From assembly GCA_018674175.1 (NCBI GenBank), contig JABHAT010000001.1:7787-71786 (forward strand): a DNA stretch of 64,000 nucleotides, given 5' to 3'. This document shows, one piece after another, positions 9,657 to 17,848 of this stretch. Every line of letters begins with the position of its first letter. The stretch's first letter is position 1. The translations under genes and the position numbers were made by a program. Under the pieces are notes generated by a model. That model was not told the origin of the DNA. It did no database searches and saw only the letters and a list, made by a program, of their open reading frames with translations. Origin of the DNA: Gammaproteobacteria bacterium (GTDB lineage: Bacteria > Pseudomonadota > Gammaproteobacteria > Poriferisulfidales > GCA-002705445).

Positions 9657-10271
9657 TTAGAATATTTTTTTATGTCTTAACCAGGAATATGTGCCTGTAA
9701 ATGATAATATTATTAATCCTATTGTAACCAAGTCTACTAATGTTATACCTACAATACCTATTAATCTTCCTGTATGTATATCAACAGCTACTCTTTCATA
9801 AGTAATTGTTTTTCTTAAACTTATATTTTTTATTTTTTTTCTTAGATTTTCTGGTGCAATATTATTTCTTAATTTTATTTTTTTAAGTTTTGAAGTTGAT
9901 ACTTTATCTAAATGCCTCATGTCCAATATTACACCTGCTTCACTGAGCATTATTTCGTGACTCTTATTATATTGAATAATATAGTTGCTGTTCTTTTTAA
10001 AAAAAGCGTTTATTGAATTTATATTATTTATTATTTTATTTTCTTGAAAATAGAGATTACTGTCACATAAAGATATCCATTTATTTTCATGCTTTGTAGA
10101 GGCCACTGTGCATGATTTTATGTTGTATAAATTACTTGCTAGTGAACTTGATATGAATTTTTTTCTTATTCCAAAATCTTCTGCGTGTTGGAGTAATGTT
10201 CCAGTAACTGATAGGATCAATAAAAATATTACTAGCGTAATACCTAGGAATCTATGTATTTTCATAATCAT
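9657..10271 (-). CDS. PepSY-associated TM-helix family membrane protein (FoxB/PiuB-like putative reductase component)
   Basis: The N-terminal IHRFLGITLVIFLLILSVTGTLLQH and C-terminal DIHTGRLIGIVGITLVDLVTIGLIILSFTGTYSWLRH match the PepSY_TM signature, with a His flanking each TM helix. The start is probably MIMKIH (10271) or MKIH (10265), not the track start at 10313. Confidence 0.65.
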   Translation of the reverse strand: MIMKIHRFLGITLVIFLLILSVTGTLLQHAEDFGIRKKFISSSLASNLYNIKSCTVASTKHENKWISLCDSNLYFQENKIINNINSINAFFKKNSNYIIQYNKSHEIMLSEAGVILDMRHLDKVSTSKLKKIKLRNNIAPENLRKKIKNISLRKTITYERVAVDIHTGRLIGIVGITLVDLVTIGLIILSFTGTYSWLRHKKIF

Positions 10272-10350
10272 TTTACAATTATAATTTGTATTATGAAAAA
10301 AAGATACTTTCATGCTATTTTACTATAATTAATCTTATTAAATTTTTATT

Positions 10351-11337
10351 ATGAAATCTAAATATTTTTCTTTACCAATCTTATTATTTACTTCATTCTT
10401 TCTTGTAAGTTGTAATAAAGATAATAAGTCTTATATATCTGGAAGTGCTTTTGGGTCTATTTATCATATTTCAATTAATGATATAAAAGACTTAGATTCT
10501 TTGGCTATTAAGTCAAATATTGATTTTATTTTAAAAAATATAGATAATTCTGCGTCTAATTATAATCCGAATTCTGAAATCTCTAATTTTAATAACTCTA
10601 ATACTAATTCCTATACAATTGTTTCTTCAAATCTTTATAACATAATTTCTGAAGCGAAGAATGCAAGCATTTTAACTGAAGGTTTTTTTGATATAACTAT
10701 TGGAGATATTAAAATCAAGAAGGGTTTTTATGTTAACACCAAGAAGACTTCTTCTAGGGAGAATAATATTTTTACTTATAAAGATATTCAGCTATCAGAA
10801 GATTTTTCCTCAATAAGAAAAAGAAATGGCCTTATTAATGTTGATTTATCTGGAATTGCTAAGGGATACGCTGTTGACATTATTTACAATTATTTAAATA
10901 GCATGAATATATCAGATTTTGTTATTAATATTGGTGGTGAAATAAGAACTAGTAGCATGAATAACACTCAAAAAATATACATTGATGATCCCTCTAAAAA
11001 TAGTCAATACATTGAAGAAATATTCTTGCTCAATAAGTCTATAGCTTCTTCTGGCACTTATATTGATTCTGTTAACTATGAAGGTAAAGAGATATCTCAT
11101 ATTATTAACCCTAAAACTCTTGAGAATATCTCTAACCTTAATATACTAGTTTCTGTTATCCATAATAAATGTTCTATAGCAGATGCACTAGCAACTGGTC
11201 TTCTTGCTATGGATGCTAATGATATTATTAAATATTCTAATATGAATAATATAGCATCAATGCTCGTTATTTTTGATGATAGTAATATAGAAAAATTTTA
11301 TTCTGAAAATTTTATTAAATTTTTATCAGCAGACTAA
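10351..11337 (+). CDS. apbE: FAD:protein FMN transferase (ApbE family lipoprotein)
   Basis: It has a lipobox (FFLVSC) and the ApbE motifs DLSGIAKGYAVD, NIGGEIR, ASSGTY, HIINPKT and ADALATGL. Confidence 0.85.
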   Translation: MKSKYFSLPILLFTSFFLVSCNKDNKSYISGSAFGSIYHISINDIKDLDSLAIKSNIDFILKNIDNSASNYNPNSEISNFNNSNTNSYTIVSSNLYNIISEAKNASILTEGFFDITIGDIKIKKGFYVNTKKTSSRENNIFTYKDIQLSEDFSSIRKRNGLINVDLSGIAKGYAVDIIYNYLNSMNISDFVINIGGEIRTSSMNNTQKIYIDDPSKNSQYIEEIFLLNKSIASSGTYIDSVNYEGKEISHIINPKTLENISNLNILVSVIHNKCSIADALATGLLAMDANDIIKYSNMNNIASMLVIFDDSNIEKFYSENFIKFLSAD

Positions 11338-11342
11338 TTTGA

Positions 11343-11849
11343 TTAAATCTTAGAATATAAATATAGAGAAAGTTTAGAAAGTTTTCTCATAGAGTTAACA
11401 GATAGAGTGGCACCAGAAATATTTGCTATTCTTTTAACAAGTTTTTTACTATCTTTCATGCTGTTTCCCTTAATCTGATTTATAAACATATCGTACTTAA
11501 TTTCGTAACCATAATTTTCTCTGTACACTAAAACTTTTGCATCTGAAATTTTATTGTCTTCAACCATAAAGCCTGTTGTTATAAATTCATGTTTTCCTAT
11601 TGCTTCTAATATGAAACCAACTTTATTTCCAGATTTCCAATATTTAATAACTGGTAAATGATATGTATCTTTCAGTATTTTTTCTACACCATCTTCTATG
11701 TCGTCTTTTAAAATTATATAAGAATGCATAGGTACTTCTGACAAACCTAATGATGATTTTAAAAAATTGTCTTTTAGTAATCTTTCATCAGAGGCGAATG
11801 CCGCTGAGTTAAGTATTAAAAATAAGAGGATTAGTATTTTGATTTTCAT
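11343..11849 (-). CDS. Secreted FMN-binding domain protein, a predicted ApbE flavinylation substrate
   Basis: It has a signal peptide (LILNSAAFASDE). Near the C-terminus, ISGATLSVNS fits the [S/T]GA[S/T] flavinylation motif of NqrC/RnfG-type FMN_bind domains. It is adjacent to apbE. Confidence 0.65.
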   Translation of the reverse strand: MKIKILILLFLILNSAAFASDERLLKDNFLKSSLGLSEVPMHSYIILKDDIEDGVEKILKDTYHLPVIKYWKSGNKVGFILEAIGKHEFITTGFMVEDNKISDAKVLVYRENYGYEIKYDMFINQIKGNSMKDSKKLVKRIANISGATLSVNSMRKLSKLSLYLYSKI

Positions 11850-11876
11850 TGACTGTCTCTAGTTTAAAAAAAGAAT

Positions 11877-12007
11877 GGCTAGTTAACGTCGAAGTTTTAA
11901 ATATTAAGAATGAAAAGAACAAGGAGAATTTCTTCAATTCATCTATATAAAAGTTTAGCTCTTATCTGAGTGGAGGAGAAAGAACTAAACTTTATTGTTA
12001 ACTAGCC
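11877..12007. repeat. 131-bp nested inverted-repeat element between the porin gene and the FMN-binding gene
   Basis: The outer arms are a perfect 11 bp: GGCTAGTTAAC (11877-11887) and GTTAACTAGCC (11997-12007). The inner arms are a perfect 9 bp: AAAGTTTAG (11950-11958) and CTAAACTTT (11985-11993). On the minus, transcribed strand the outer stem is followed by ATTCTTTTTTT. Confidence 0.8.
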
Positions 12008-12048
12008 AAAACACGTCCTAATGTGTATTTATTGCATTATTATTATTC

Positions 12049-13257
12049 TTAGAATTCGTAACCAATTCCCATGTCAAATCCATCAGTATCATTATCATTT
12101 TGAGATTCACTTGAGTAATCTTTATCGTAGTAATTGATTTTGAATACTGTATTTGTACCTTGTGGCCAGTAACTGAAACCTGCTGTTTGTACTGTGTACT
12201 GTCTTGATACTTTTTCACCAGATACGATACTTTGGTTTGCATAGATTCCAATATTACCCATTCTTTTTGATACTTCTAAGAATGTACCTTGATGCTCATC
12301 AAAACCGTTTGTAAAGAATGCACCTGATTCATCTTTACCACCAAAGTCAGCTTGCACATGTAAAGCTCTCACTTCAAAACCGTCACCGAAGTTATAAATA
12401 GCTGATGCTCCCATGATATCTAATTCTTCAATATTATCAGTTGAGACTTGTGTAAAGTCTGATTGATGATTGTAGAAAAGACTTGCTTTAAGACCTGGCA
12501 TACCTGTGTATGTAATACGTGCTGTATAAGCTAAGTCACTTGCGTCAGCATTTGCTGATTTTTGACGTCCACCTCTGATATAACCAGTTGTTGCACCTTT
12601 AAGTCCTTCACCAACCATTGCTTCAAATGTAATTCCGTTTGACATTTTGTGTGAAACCTTCACACCTGCTGCCCACCATGTTGCTGGGAGTAGGTATTTT
12701 TCTACGTCATTTCTTTCTACACCGTAGAATGTTGGAGGCTCATGATTTTCATTCATAATTCCAACTGGTACTAAAATAACACCTGTTTGAATTGATGTTT
12801 GGTCATTTAGATCAACCTCAATATACATTTGCTCTAGCTCAACTTCACCACCGTTAGATCCATCGACAGTATCTTTTACTAAACCATGCTCTAACTCAAA
12901 CTCAGATCTAAATCTGACTTTTTCGTTGTAGTCGTAACCAAAGAATAATACGTATCTGTGCGCATCAACTTTTTTTGTTTTGCCGCCACCGTCTTTCTCA
13001 TGGTCGTTGTAATGTAATTCACCATAACCACCTATGTGAATTTTTTCGAATTTTTTAGCTGCTTTAGCTATTTTGCCCATTGAAGCTTCTTGAACTTCGC
13101 CTTGCATTTTAACAGCTGCTTTCAATTCATTTAATTCAGCTTTTAATTGTTGAATTGTTTCCAAAGCAATATGAACTTCCTCTTCCACATGCTCTAGTGT
13201 GTCTGCAAATGTTACTGGCGTAATTGCTAGTAAACCTGCTAGTACTAATTTTTTCAT
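12049..13257 (-). CDS. Outer-membrane porin-like beta-barrel protein with an N-terminal coiled-coil extension
   Basis: It has a signal peptide (LLAITPVTFA) and a coiled-coil segment (LETIQQLKAELNELKAAVKMQ). The rest shows alternating beta-strand character and ends in the aromatic terminus GIGYEF. G+C is higher than its surroundings, suggesting high expression. Confidence 0.7.
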   Translation of the reverse strand: MKKLVLAGLLAITPVTFADTLEHVEEEVHIALETIQQLKAELNELKAAVKMQGEVQEASMGKIAKAAKKFEKIHIGGYGELHYNDHEKDGGGKTKKVDAHRYVLFFGYDYNEKVRFRSEFELEHGLVKDTVDGSNGGEVELEQMYIEVDLNDQTSIQTGVILVPVGIMNENHEPPTFYGVERNDVEKYLLPATWWAAGVKVSHKMSNGITFEAMVGEGLKGATTGYIRGGRQKSANADASDLAYTARITYTGMPGLKASLFYNHQSDFTQVSTDNIEELDIMGASAIYNFGDGFEVRALHVQADFGGKDESGAFFTNGFDEHQGTFLEVSKRMGNIGIYANQSIVSGEKVSRQYTVQTAGFSYWPQGTNTVFKINYYDKDYSSESQNDNDTDGFDMGIGYEF

Positions 13258-13287
13258 TGGTATATCTCATAGTTTTAAAATTTAGAT

Positions 13288-13342
13288 GTAAATAGTAATC
13301 GTTCTCATATTCATTTGCAAGTGTAAATAGGAACTATTCTCA
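13288..13342. promoter_or_regulatory. Two direct copies of a 20-bp operator-like motif (GTAAATAGNAANNNTTCTCA) overlapping the porin promoter; weakly Fur-box-like
   Basis: The copies are at 13288-13307 and 13323-13342 and are identical at 16 of 20 positions by hand alignment. On the minus strand they match the 19-bp Fur consensus GATAATGATAATCATTATC at 12 of 19 and 10 of 19 positions. Confidence 0.35.
13292..13320 (-). promoter_or_regulatory. Candidate promoter of the coiled-coil porin gene: -35 TTGCAA (13315-13320), 17-bp spacer, -10 TACTAT (complement of 13292-13297)
   Basis: Hexamers read on the minus strand, about 35-60 nt upstream of the ATG at 13257. Confidence 0.45.
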
Positions 13343-13632
13343 ATAATTTATTAATTGTATTAAAATCAATTACTTAATTTTTTGTAAATTAAATTAATAT
13401 TAGTAAATTACTATTTTTTAAAATTCATTTCTTAATTTTTCCAAATTTTTGAATAAAAATATTTATAGGAATATTGTAAAAAGAGTTTCTACAAAAAAGC
13501 TAAAAATTAATACAGAAATTAATAATAAGAAAAAATACTCTTCAGCCTTTCAACGAAGTTACTTTATATCCAGTATAGTGGGTAAGGTGATATTTAAAAT
13601 AAGAGCGAGAAACATTTTTTTAAGATTACTAA

Positions 13633-14736
13633 TTAATTAGATGCGCATTTATAATCAATAAAATTATTTATTGTTTCATCGATTTTATTTTTAGCTATGA
13701 CTACATCCTTATCTGCTTTATATTCTTCAGCTTGCGTAAAGTGATAAATGAATAAAGGGTTTTTTTCATGCTGTTTTTTTAAACAAAACTTATTTTCACT
13801 TAAGAGTATTCTGTCCCATTTATCTCTTACTATATTCCAGTATCCTTTTGTAGAGTTCCAGTATTTATAGGCAGCACTAAAGTCATAATTTTTTATTTTT
13901 TGATATCTTGCCAAGCCGTACTCAGTTCCAATAAAATTCTTTGGGGTACTGATTTTATCGTTATTTTCTTCCATAACCCATCCCCATGGCAAGATTGTAA
14001 TCTTATTAATTCCTTGAATTAAATCATAGTCTTTACGAACACTATGCTCTCGCCTAGGCAAAGGTCGATTTGTAGTTTTACTAATCCATCTTGAAGCGCC
14101 TCTTTCATGAATCCAAGAACCGTATGATTCATATCTTGGAGAGTCATCAACCTGATAAACTGCCTGACTCCAAGTATTCTTAATATCTTTTTGTTTTTTT
14201 ACGTTCCATTCATTTTTCCCTTGGAATTCTAAAATCTTTCTATCTTCATAAGACCAGTCTTGTCTCCAATGTTTTTGAATATACGGGCCGTTTATTTTAC
14301 CATTTTTATCTCTCATAAACATAACAAGAATATGCTGAAGAGATATGAAATTTTCACTATTTTGAATAATAATTATAGTTTCTGTGCCCCAAGATTTGTA
14401 TGGGTTATCAAGTTTATAATTAGCATCACTACCAAATATTTCCGTAAATTCAAAATTAGCCTTATGATCTCCAGCCATTGCTAATATAGCTAGTCTGTCT
14501 TTATCTTTTGTATTAGTAGCGCTTTGAAGTTTTAGAAAATAATCTGAGCTTTCAATATCTATTTCCGGCTCTAGACCGTCGGTTGTTCCGCCTCTAGACT
14601 CTTGAACATTATGTCTATCTAATAGCCATTTTATTTCACTTTGATTAACTTTTTCTTTAGAAGAACCATAATTATTTTCTTCAGCACTTACCGAATAATT
14701 TAGAGCCATAAAAAATAATAATAAAATTAATCTCAT
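13633..14736 (-). CDS. Hypothetical secreted Trp-rich protein, same strand as and downstream of znuA
   Basis: It has a signal peptide (MRLILLLFFMALNYSVSAEEN). Many Trp residues occur (HWRQDWSYED, WGWVMEEN, YWNSTKGYWNIVRDKWD). I recognise no family. The start is moved to the ATG at 14736; the track start at 14745 is a GTG. Confidence 0.6.
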   Translation of the reverse strand: MRLILLLFFMALNYSVSAEENNYGSSKEKVNQSEIKWLLDRHNVQESRGGTTDGLEPEIDIESSDYFLKLQSATNTKDKDRLAILAMAGDHKANFEFTEIFGSDANYKLDNPYKSWGTETIIIIQNSENFISLQHILVMFMRDKNGKINGPYIQKHWRQDWSYEDRKILEFQGKNEWNVKKQKDIKNTWSQAVYQVDDSPRYESYGSWIHERGASRWISKTTNRPLPRREHSVRKDYDLIQGINKITILPWGWVMEENNDKISTPKNFIGTEYGLARYQKIKNYDFSAAYKYWNSTKGYWNIVRDKWDRILLSENKFCLKKQHEKNPLFIYHFTQAEEYKADKDVVIAKNKIDETINNFIDYKCASN

Positions 14737-14810
14737 ATACAACACTCTAATACATTTTTAATAATTTTACATTGCACAAAATATTAAAATATTAAGAGTA
14801 TTTGTTATAT

Positions 14811-15713
14811 TTACTTAAGGCAGGCGTTCAAGTTCTCTGCGATATTTTTTAGAAGTTTAGTATACATTCCTGGCCCAGAATCAATGTCTGCTCCTAGAGG
14901 GTCAAGAATACCTACTTTTGTATCTGTGTCTTCTATAACAGTATTAATGATTTTACCTCTGAATTGTGGCTCTTTAAAAACACAACTTGCATTTAAGGAT
15001 TTAATTTTTTCTCTAATTATTATAATTCTTTTGGCAGATGGTGGTAGTTCTGGATCAATTAATATAGATCCTGCCGGTTTTAAATTATATGCTTGTTCGA
15101 AATATTGGTATGCGTCATGAAATACGATGTATGGTTTATCTTTTATTGAATCAAGCATTGTTTTAATTACTAGATCCGTTTTTTTAATTTCTTTAATCGC
15201 TTTTTTTGCATTCTCTTTATAAATATTAATATTTTCTGGATATACTTTACTCAATTCTTGAATGATGCCTTTTATAATTTGAGTAGCATTGTTTGGGTCT
15301 AGCCAAAAATGAACATCATAAGAACCATGCCCATGATCATGATGATCGTGACCGTCTTCTTCCCAATTATTACCCGCTCTAGTTGAAAGAAGTTTTAAGT
15401 TTTTAATTTTTGATACCTGAACAACTTTGACATTTTTTGGCAAACTCCTTACTGTTTTTTTTAATGCTGACTCTAATTGGTTGTCTATATAAAAGACTAC
15501 TTTCGCATTATTGAGAAGTTTTGCATGCGAGGGTTTGAGGGCAAAGTTATGAGGCGACATACTACCGTCTATCAAAAGAGATACTGAATGGCTGCCTTCT
15601 GCTACTGCACTTACTAACGAGTGCAGTGGTTTAACGCTTACGACAATTTCACTTGAAATAGCATTATTACTAAAAAAAATACTAAACATGATAATTAATG
15701 CTTTTTTTGTCAT
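14811..15713 (-). CDS. znuA: Periplasmic zinc-binding protein of the ZnuABC transporter
   Basis: It looks like a cluster-9 (TroA-like) substrate-binding protein. It has the characteristic His/Asp-rich loop EEDGHDHHDHGHGSYDVHFWLDP. It lies divergent from zur-znuCB across a Zur box. The ATG at 15713 has a GGAGA ribosome-binding site; the track start at 15725 is a TTG. Confidence 0.9.
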   Translation of the reverse strand: MTKKALIIMFSIFFSNNAISSEIVVSVKPLHSLVSAVAEGSHSVSLLIDGSMSPHNFALKPSHAKLLNNAKVVFYIDNQLESALKKTVRSLPKNVKVVQVSKIKNLKLLSTRAGNNWEEDGHDHHDHGHGSYDVHFWLDPNNATQIIKGIIQELSKVYPENINIYKENAKKAIKEIKKTDLVIKTMLDSIKDKPYIVFHDAYQYFEQAYNLKPAGSILIDPELPPSAKRIIIIREKIKSLNASCVFKEPQFRGKIINTVIEDTDTKVGILDPLGADIDSGPGMYTKLLKNIAENLNACLK

Positions 15714-15743
15714 AATCGTCTCCAATAGTTTAAGTTGAAATTG

Positions 15744-15760
15744 ATGTTATATTATAACAT
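15744..15760. promoter_or_regulatory. Zur box: perfect 17-bp palindrome ATGTTATATTATAACAT in the znuA/zur divergent promoter region
   Basis: It matches the core of the gammaproteobacterial Zur operator (GAAATGTTATAnTATAACATTTC). It sits between znuA and zur. Confidence 0.85.
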
Positions 15761-15792
15761 AATTGATTTCAACAGAATTTTGAGAAAATGAA

Positions 15793-16251
15793 ATGAGTAA
15801 TTGTAAAACACATAAAACTTGTATTAACGAGGCTTTGAAAAAAGCTGAAACTATATGCAATGAAAAAGGTGTTAAGTTAACTAAGCTTAGACAAACAGTA
15901 TTGAAGCTTATATGGAAGAGCCATAATTATGTGAAAGCATATGACCTTCTTGATGAATTAAAGAAAATTGACGATTCTGCAAAACCTCCAACAATATATA
16001 GGTCATTAGACTTTCTAATAGAAAATGGATTTATCCATAAAATTCAAAGCTTAAATGCTTACGTAGGATGTTCTCACCCACAGGAACATAAAGAATGTTA
16101 TTTTTTAATATGTGATAGTTGCCAAAATATAGAAGAGTGCTGCTCTGAACAAATAAATAAAGTTGTAATCTCAACAACTGGAAAAAATCATTTTGAACTA
16201 AATCAAGTGACTTTAGAAATATCAGGAACTTGTCAGGACTGCACAAACTAA
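15793..16251 (+). CDS. zur: Zinc uptake regulator (Fur family)
   Basis: The 152-aa Fur-family fold has a winged-helix N-terminus and the Cys clusters CDSCQNIEECC and CQDC. It is first in an operon with znuC and znuB. Confidence 0.85.
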   Translation: MSNCKTHKTCINEALKKAETICNEKGVKLTKLRQTVLKLIWKSHNYVKAYDLLDELKKIDDSAKPPTIYRSLDFLIENGFIHKIQSLNAYVGCSHPQEHKECYFLICDSCQNIEECCSEQINKVVISTTGKNHFELNQVTLEISGTCQDCTN

Positions 16252-16980
16252 ATGCCATCGTTAATTCAAGCAAAAGATTTGTGTGTCACAAGACATAACA
16301 AAATTATTCTCGAAAATGTTTTTATTGATGTTAAGAAAAAAGATTTCATAACTATTATTGGGCCAAATGGAGCAGGGAAATCGGTTTTTCTTGAATGCTT
16401 AATGGGCTCTTTCATACCGGACAGCGGTAAAATTAAAAGAAAAGATAATCTATCTGTAGGTTATATACCACAAAATTTTAGTCCAGAACGTTCTATGCCA
16501 ATCAGTGTAGAGAGATTCTTAACATTAAAAAAAAAATTTATACCACAAGAATTATTAAATATTTCTAAAGAAACAAATATTTCTGGAATTCTAGATAAAA
16601 ACTTAGCAAATCTTTCCGGTGGTGAACTTCAGAAAGTTCTTTTAGCAAGAAGTCTACTTAACAATCCAGAATTACTAATATTAGATGAACCTGCTCAAAA
16701 CCTTGATATCAAAAATCAATTAAATTTTTATAATTTACTAAATCGGATTTACAAAAATAGAGACATAAGTATTCTTATGGTTTCTCATGATTTACATATG
16801 GTTATGTCATCTACAAGAAAAGTTGTATGTTTATATCATCATGTTTGCTGTTCGGGAGAACCTCAAATAGTTGCAAAAGATCCTGAATTTATTTCATTAT
16901 TTGGAAATGATATGGCTAAAATGATGTCAGTTTATCAACATACACACAATCATTCTCACCAAGAGATTCTTAATGATTGA
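16252..16980 (+). CDS. znuC: Zinc ABC transporter ATP-binding protein
   Basis: Walker A (GPNGAGKS), signature (LSGGELQK) and Walker B (LLILDEP) are present. It has a His-rich C-terminus (HTHNHSHQE). Confidence 0.9.
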   Translation: MPSLIQAKDLCVTRHNKIILENVFIDVKKKDFITIIGPNGAGKSVFLECLMGSFIPDSGKIKRKDNLSVGYIPQNFSPERSMPISVERFLTLKKKFIPQELLNISKETNISGILDKNLANLSGGELQKVLLARSLLNNPELLILDEPAQNLDIKNQLNFYNLLNRIYKNRDISILMVSHDLHMVMSSTRKVVCLYHHVCCSGEPQIVAKDPEFISLFGNDMAKMMSVYQHTHNHSHQEILND

Positions 16981-17770
16981 GCCATTTATAATTAGAGCAA
17001 TAATTGCTGGGGTTGGTATTGCAATAATTGCCGGGGCTATTGGTTGCTTTGTTGTTTGGAGAAAAATGGCATATTTTGGCGATTCACTTGCACACAGTGC
17101 TTTACTTGGCGTTGCTCTTGGTCTTGTTATGGGCATAAGTACCAACTTAGGAACAATAATTATATGTTCTTTGTTTGCAGTTGTATTAATTTGGCTGCAA
17201 CAAAAAAAAATATTGGCAACAGACACACTTCTTGGCATTCTTGCTCATTCAGCTCTTTCTGTTGGAATGGTCACTTTAAGTTTGCTTGAGCAAAGTATTG
17301 ACCTTCATTCATATTTATTCGGTGATATTCTTGCTGTTTCTTCAGCAGAAATTTACTTCATATTATTTGGTGGTTTCTTTGTATTAATTTTTCTTTATTT
17401 TAATTGGTCATCCTTTGTTCTAATGACTATAGATGAAAAATTGGCAAAAGCTGAAGGAATTAATATTGTATTTTATCAACTTTTGATAATGTTGTTGATG
17501 ACTGTTGTAGTTGCTGTTTCATTTAAGATTGTCGGTTTGCTACTAATAACTTCATTATTAATTATTCCTGCAGCAGCAGCTAGGCAGCTTGCAAATTCAC
17601 CAGAGAAAATGGCTATAATCTCTTCATTACTTGCAGTCTTGTCTGTCGCGATAGGTGTTTATAGTTCTTTGTATTTAGATACTCCATCAGGTCCATCCAT
17701 TGTAGTTGCTTCGACAATCATATTTATAACGATATCTGTTTTTTCTTTTATATTTAAAAAAAACAATTAA
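16973..17770 (+). CDS. znuB: Zinc ABC transporter permease
   Basis: It is a polytopic ABC-3 family membrane protein. It overlaps znuC by 8 nt. Confidence 0.9.
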   Translation: MIEPFIIRAIIAGVGIAIIAGAIGCFVVWRKMAYFGDSLAHSALLGVALGLVMGISTNLGTIIICSLFAVVLIWLQQKKILATDTLLGILAHSALSVGMVTLSLLEQSIDLHSYLFGDILAVSSAEIYFILFGGFFVLIFLYFNWSSFVLMTIDEKLAKAEGINIVFYQLLIMLLMTVVVAVSFKIVGLLLITSLLIIPAAAARQLANSPEKMAIISSLLAVLSVAIGVYSSLYLDTPSGPSIVVASTIIFITISVFSFIFKKNN

Positions 17771-17801
17771 GTATAAATTTAAAATAATATTAGACATATC
17801 T

Positions 17802-17820
17802 AATGTTATATTATAACATT
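17802..17820. promoter_or_regulatory. Second Zur box: AATGTTATATTATAACATT, 29 bp upstream of the His-rich OMP gene
   Basis: It has the same 17-bp core as the box at 15744-15760, extended by one symmetric base on each side. It overlaps a plausible -10 region. Confidence 0.8.
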
Positions 17821-17848
17821 ACTTTTTTTAACTTGTGGAAAATTAAAT

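Noticed and set aside
12018-12251. Minus-strand 77-aa ORF overlapping the porin 3' end in another frame
   Set aside because: It is nested in the porin gene. It has no signal of its own and its composition is implausible.
13449-13640. Plus-strand 63-aa ORF in the porin upstream region
   Set aside because: It is a Lys/Asn/Ile-rich translation of AT-rich spacer DNA. It has no ribosome-binding site, and it runs into the 3' end of the convergent gene.
14260-15120. Antisense ORFs in the Trp-rich protein gene and in znuA (14260-14484, 14884-15120)
   Set aside because: They lie opposite well-supported genes and have no motifs.
16927-17289. ORFs 16927-17238 (minus) and 17044-17289 (plus, alternate frame) within znuB
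   Set aside because: The znuB frame gives a coherent ABC-3 permease. These are frame artefacts.
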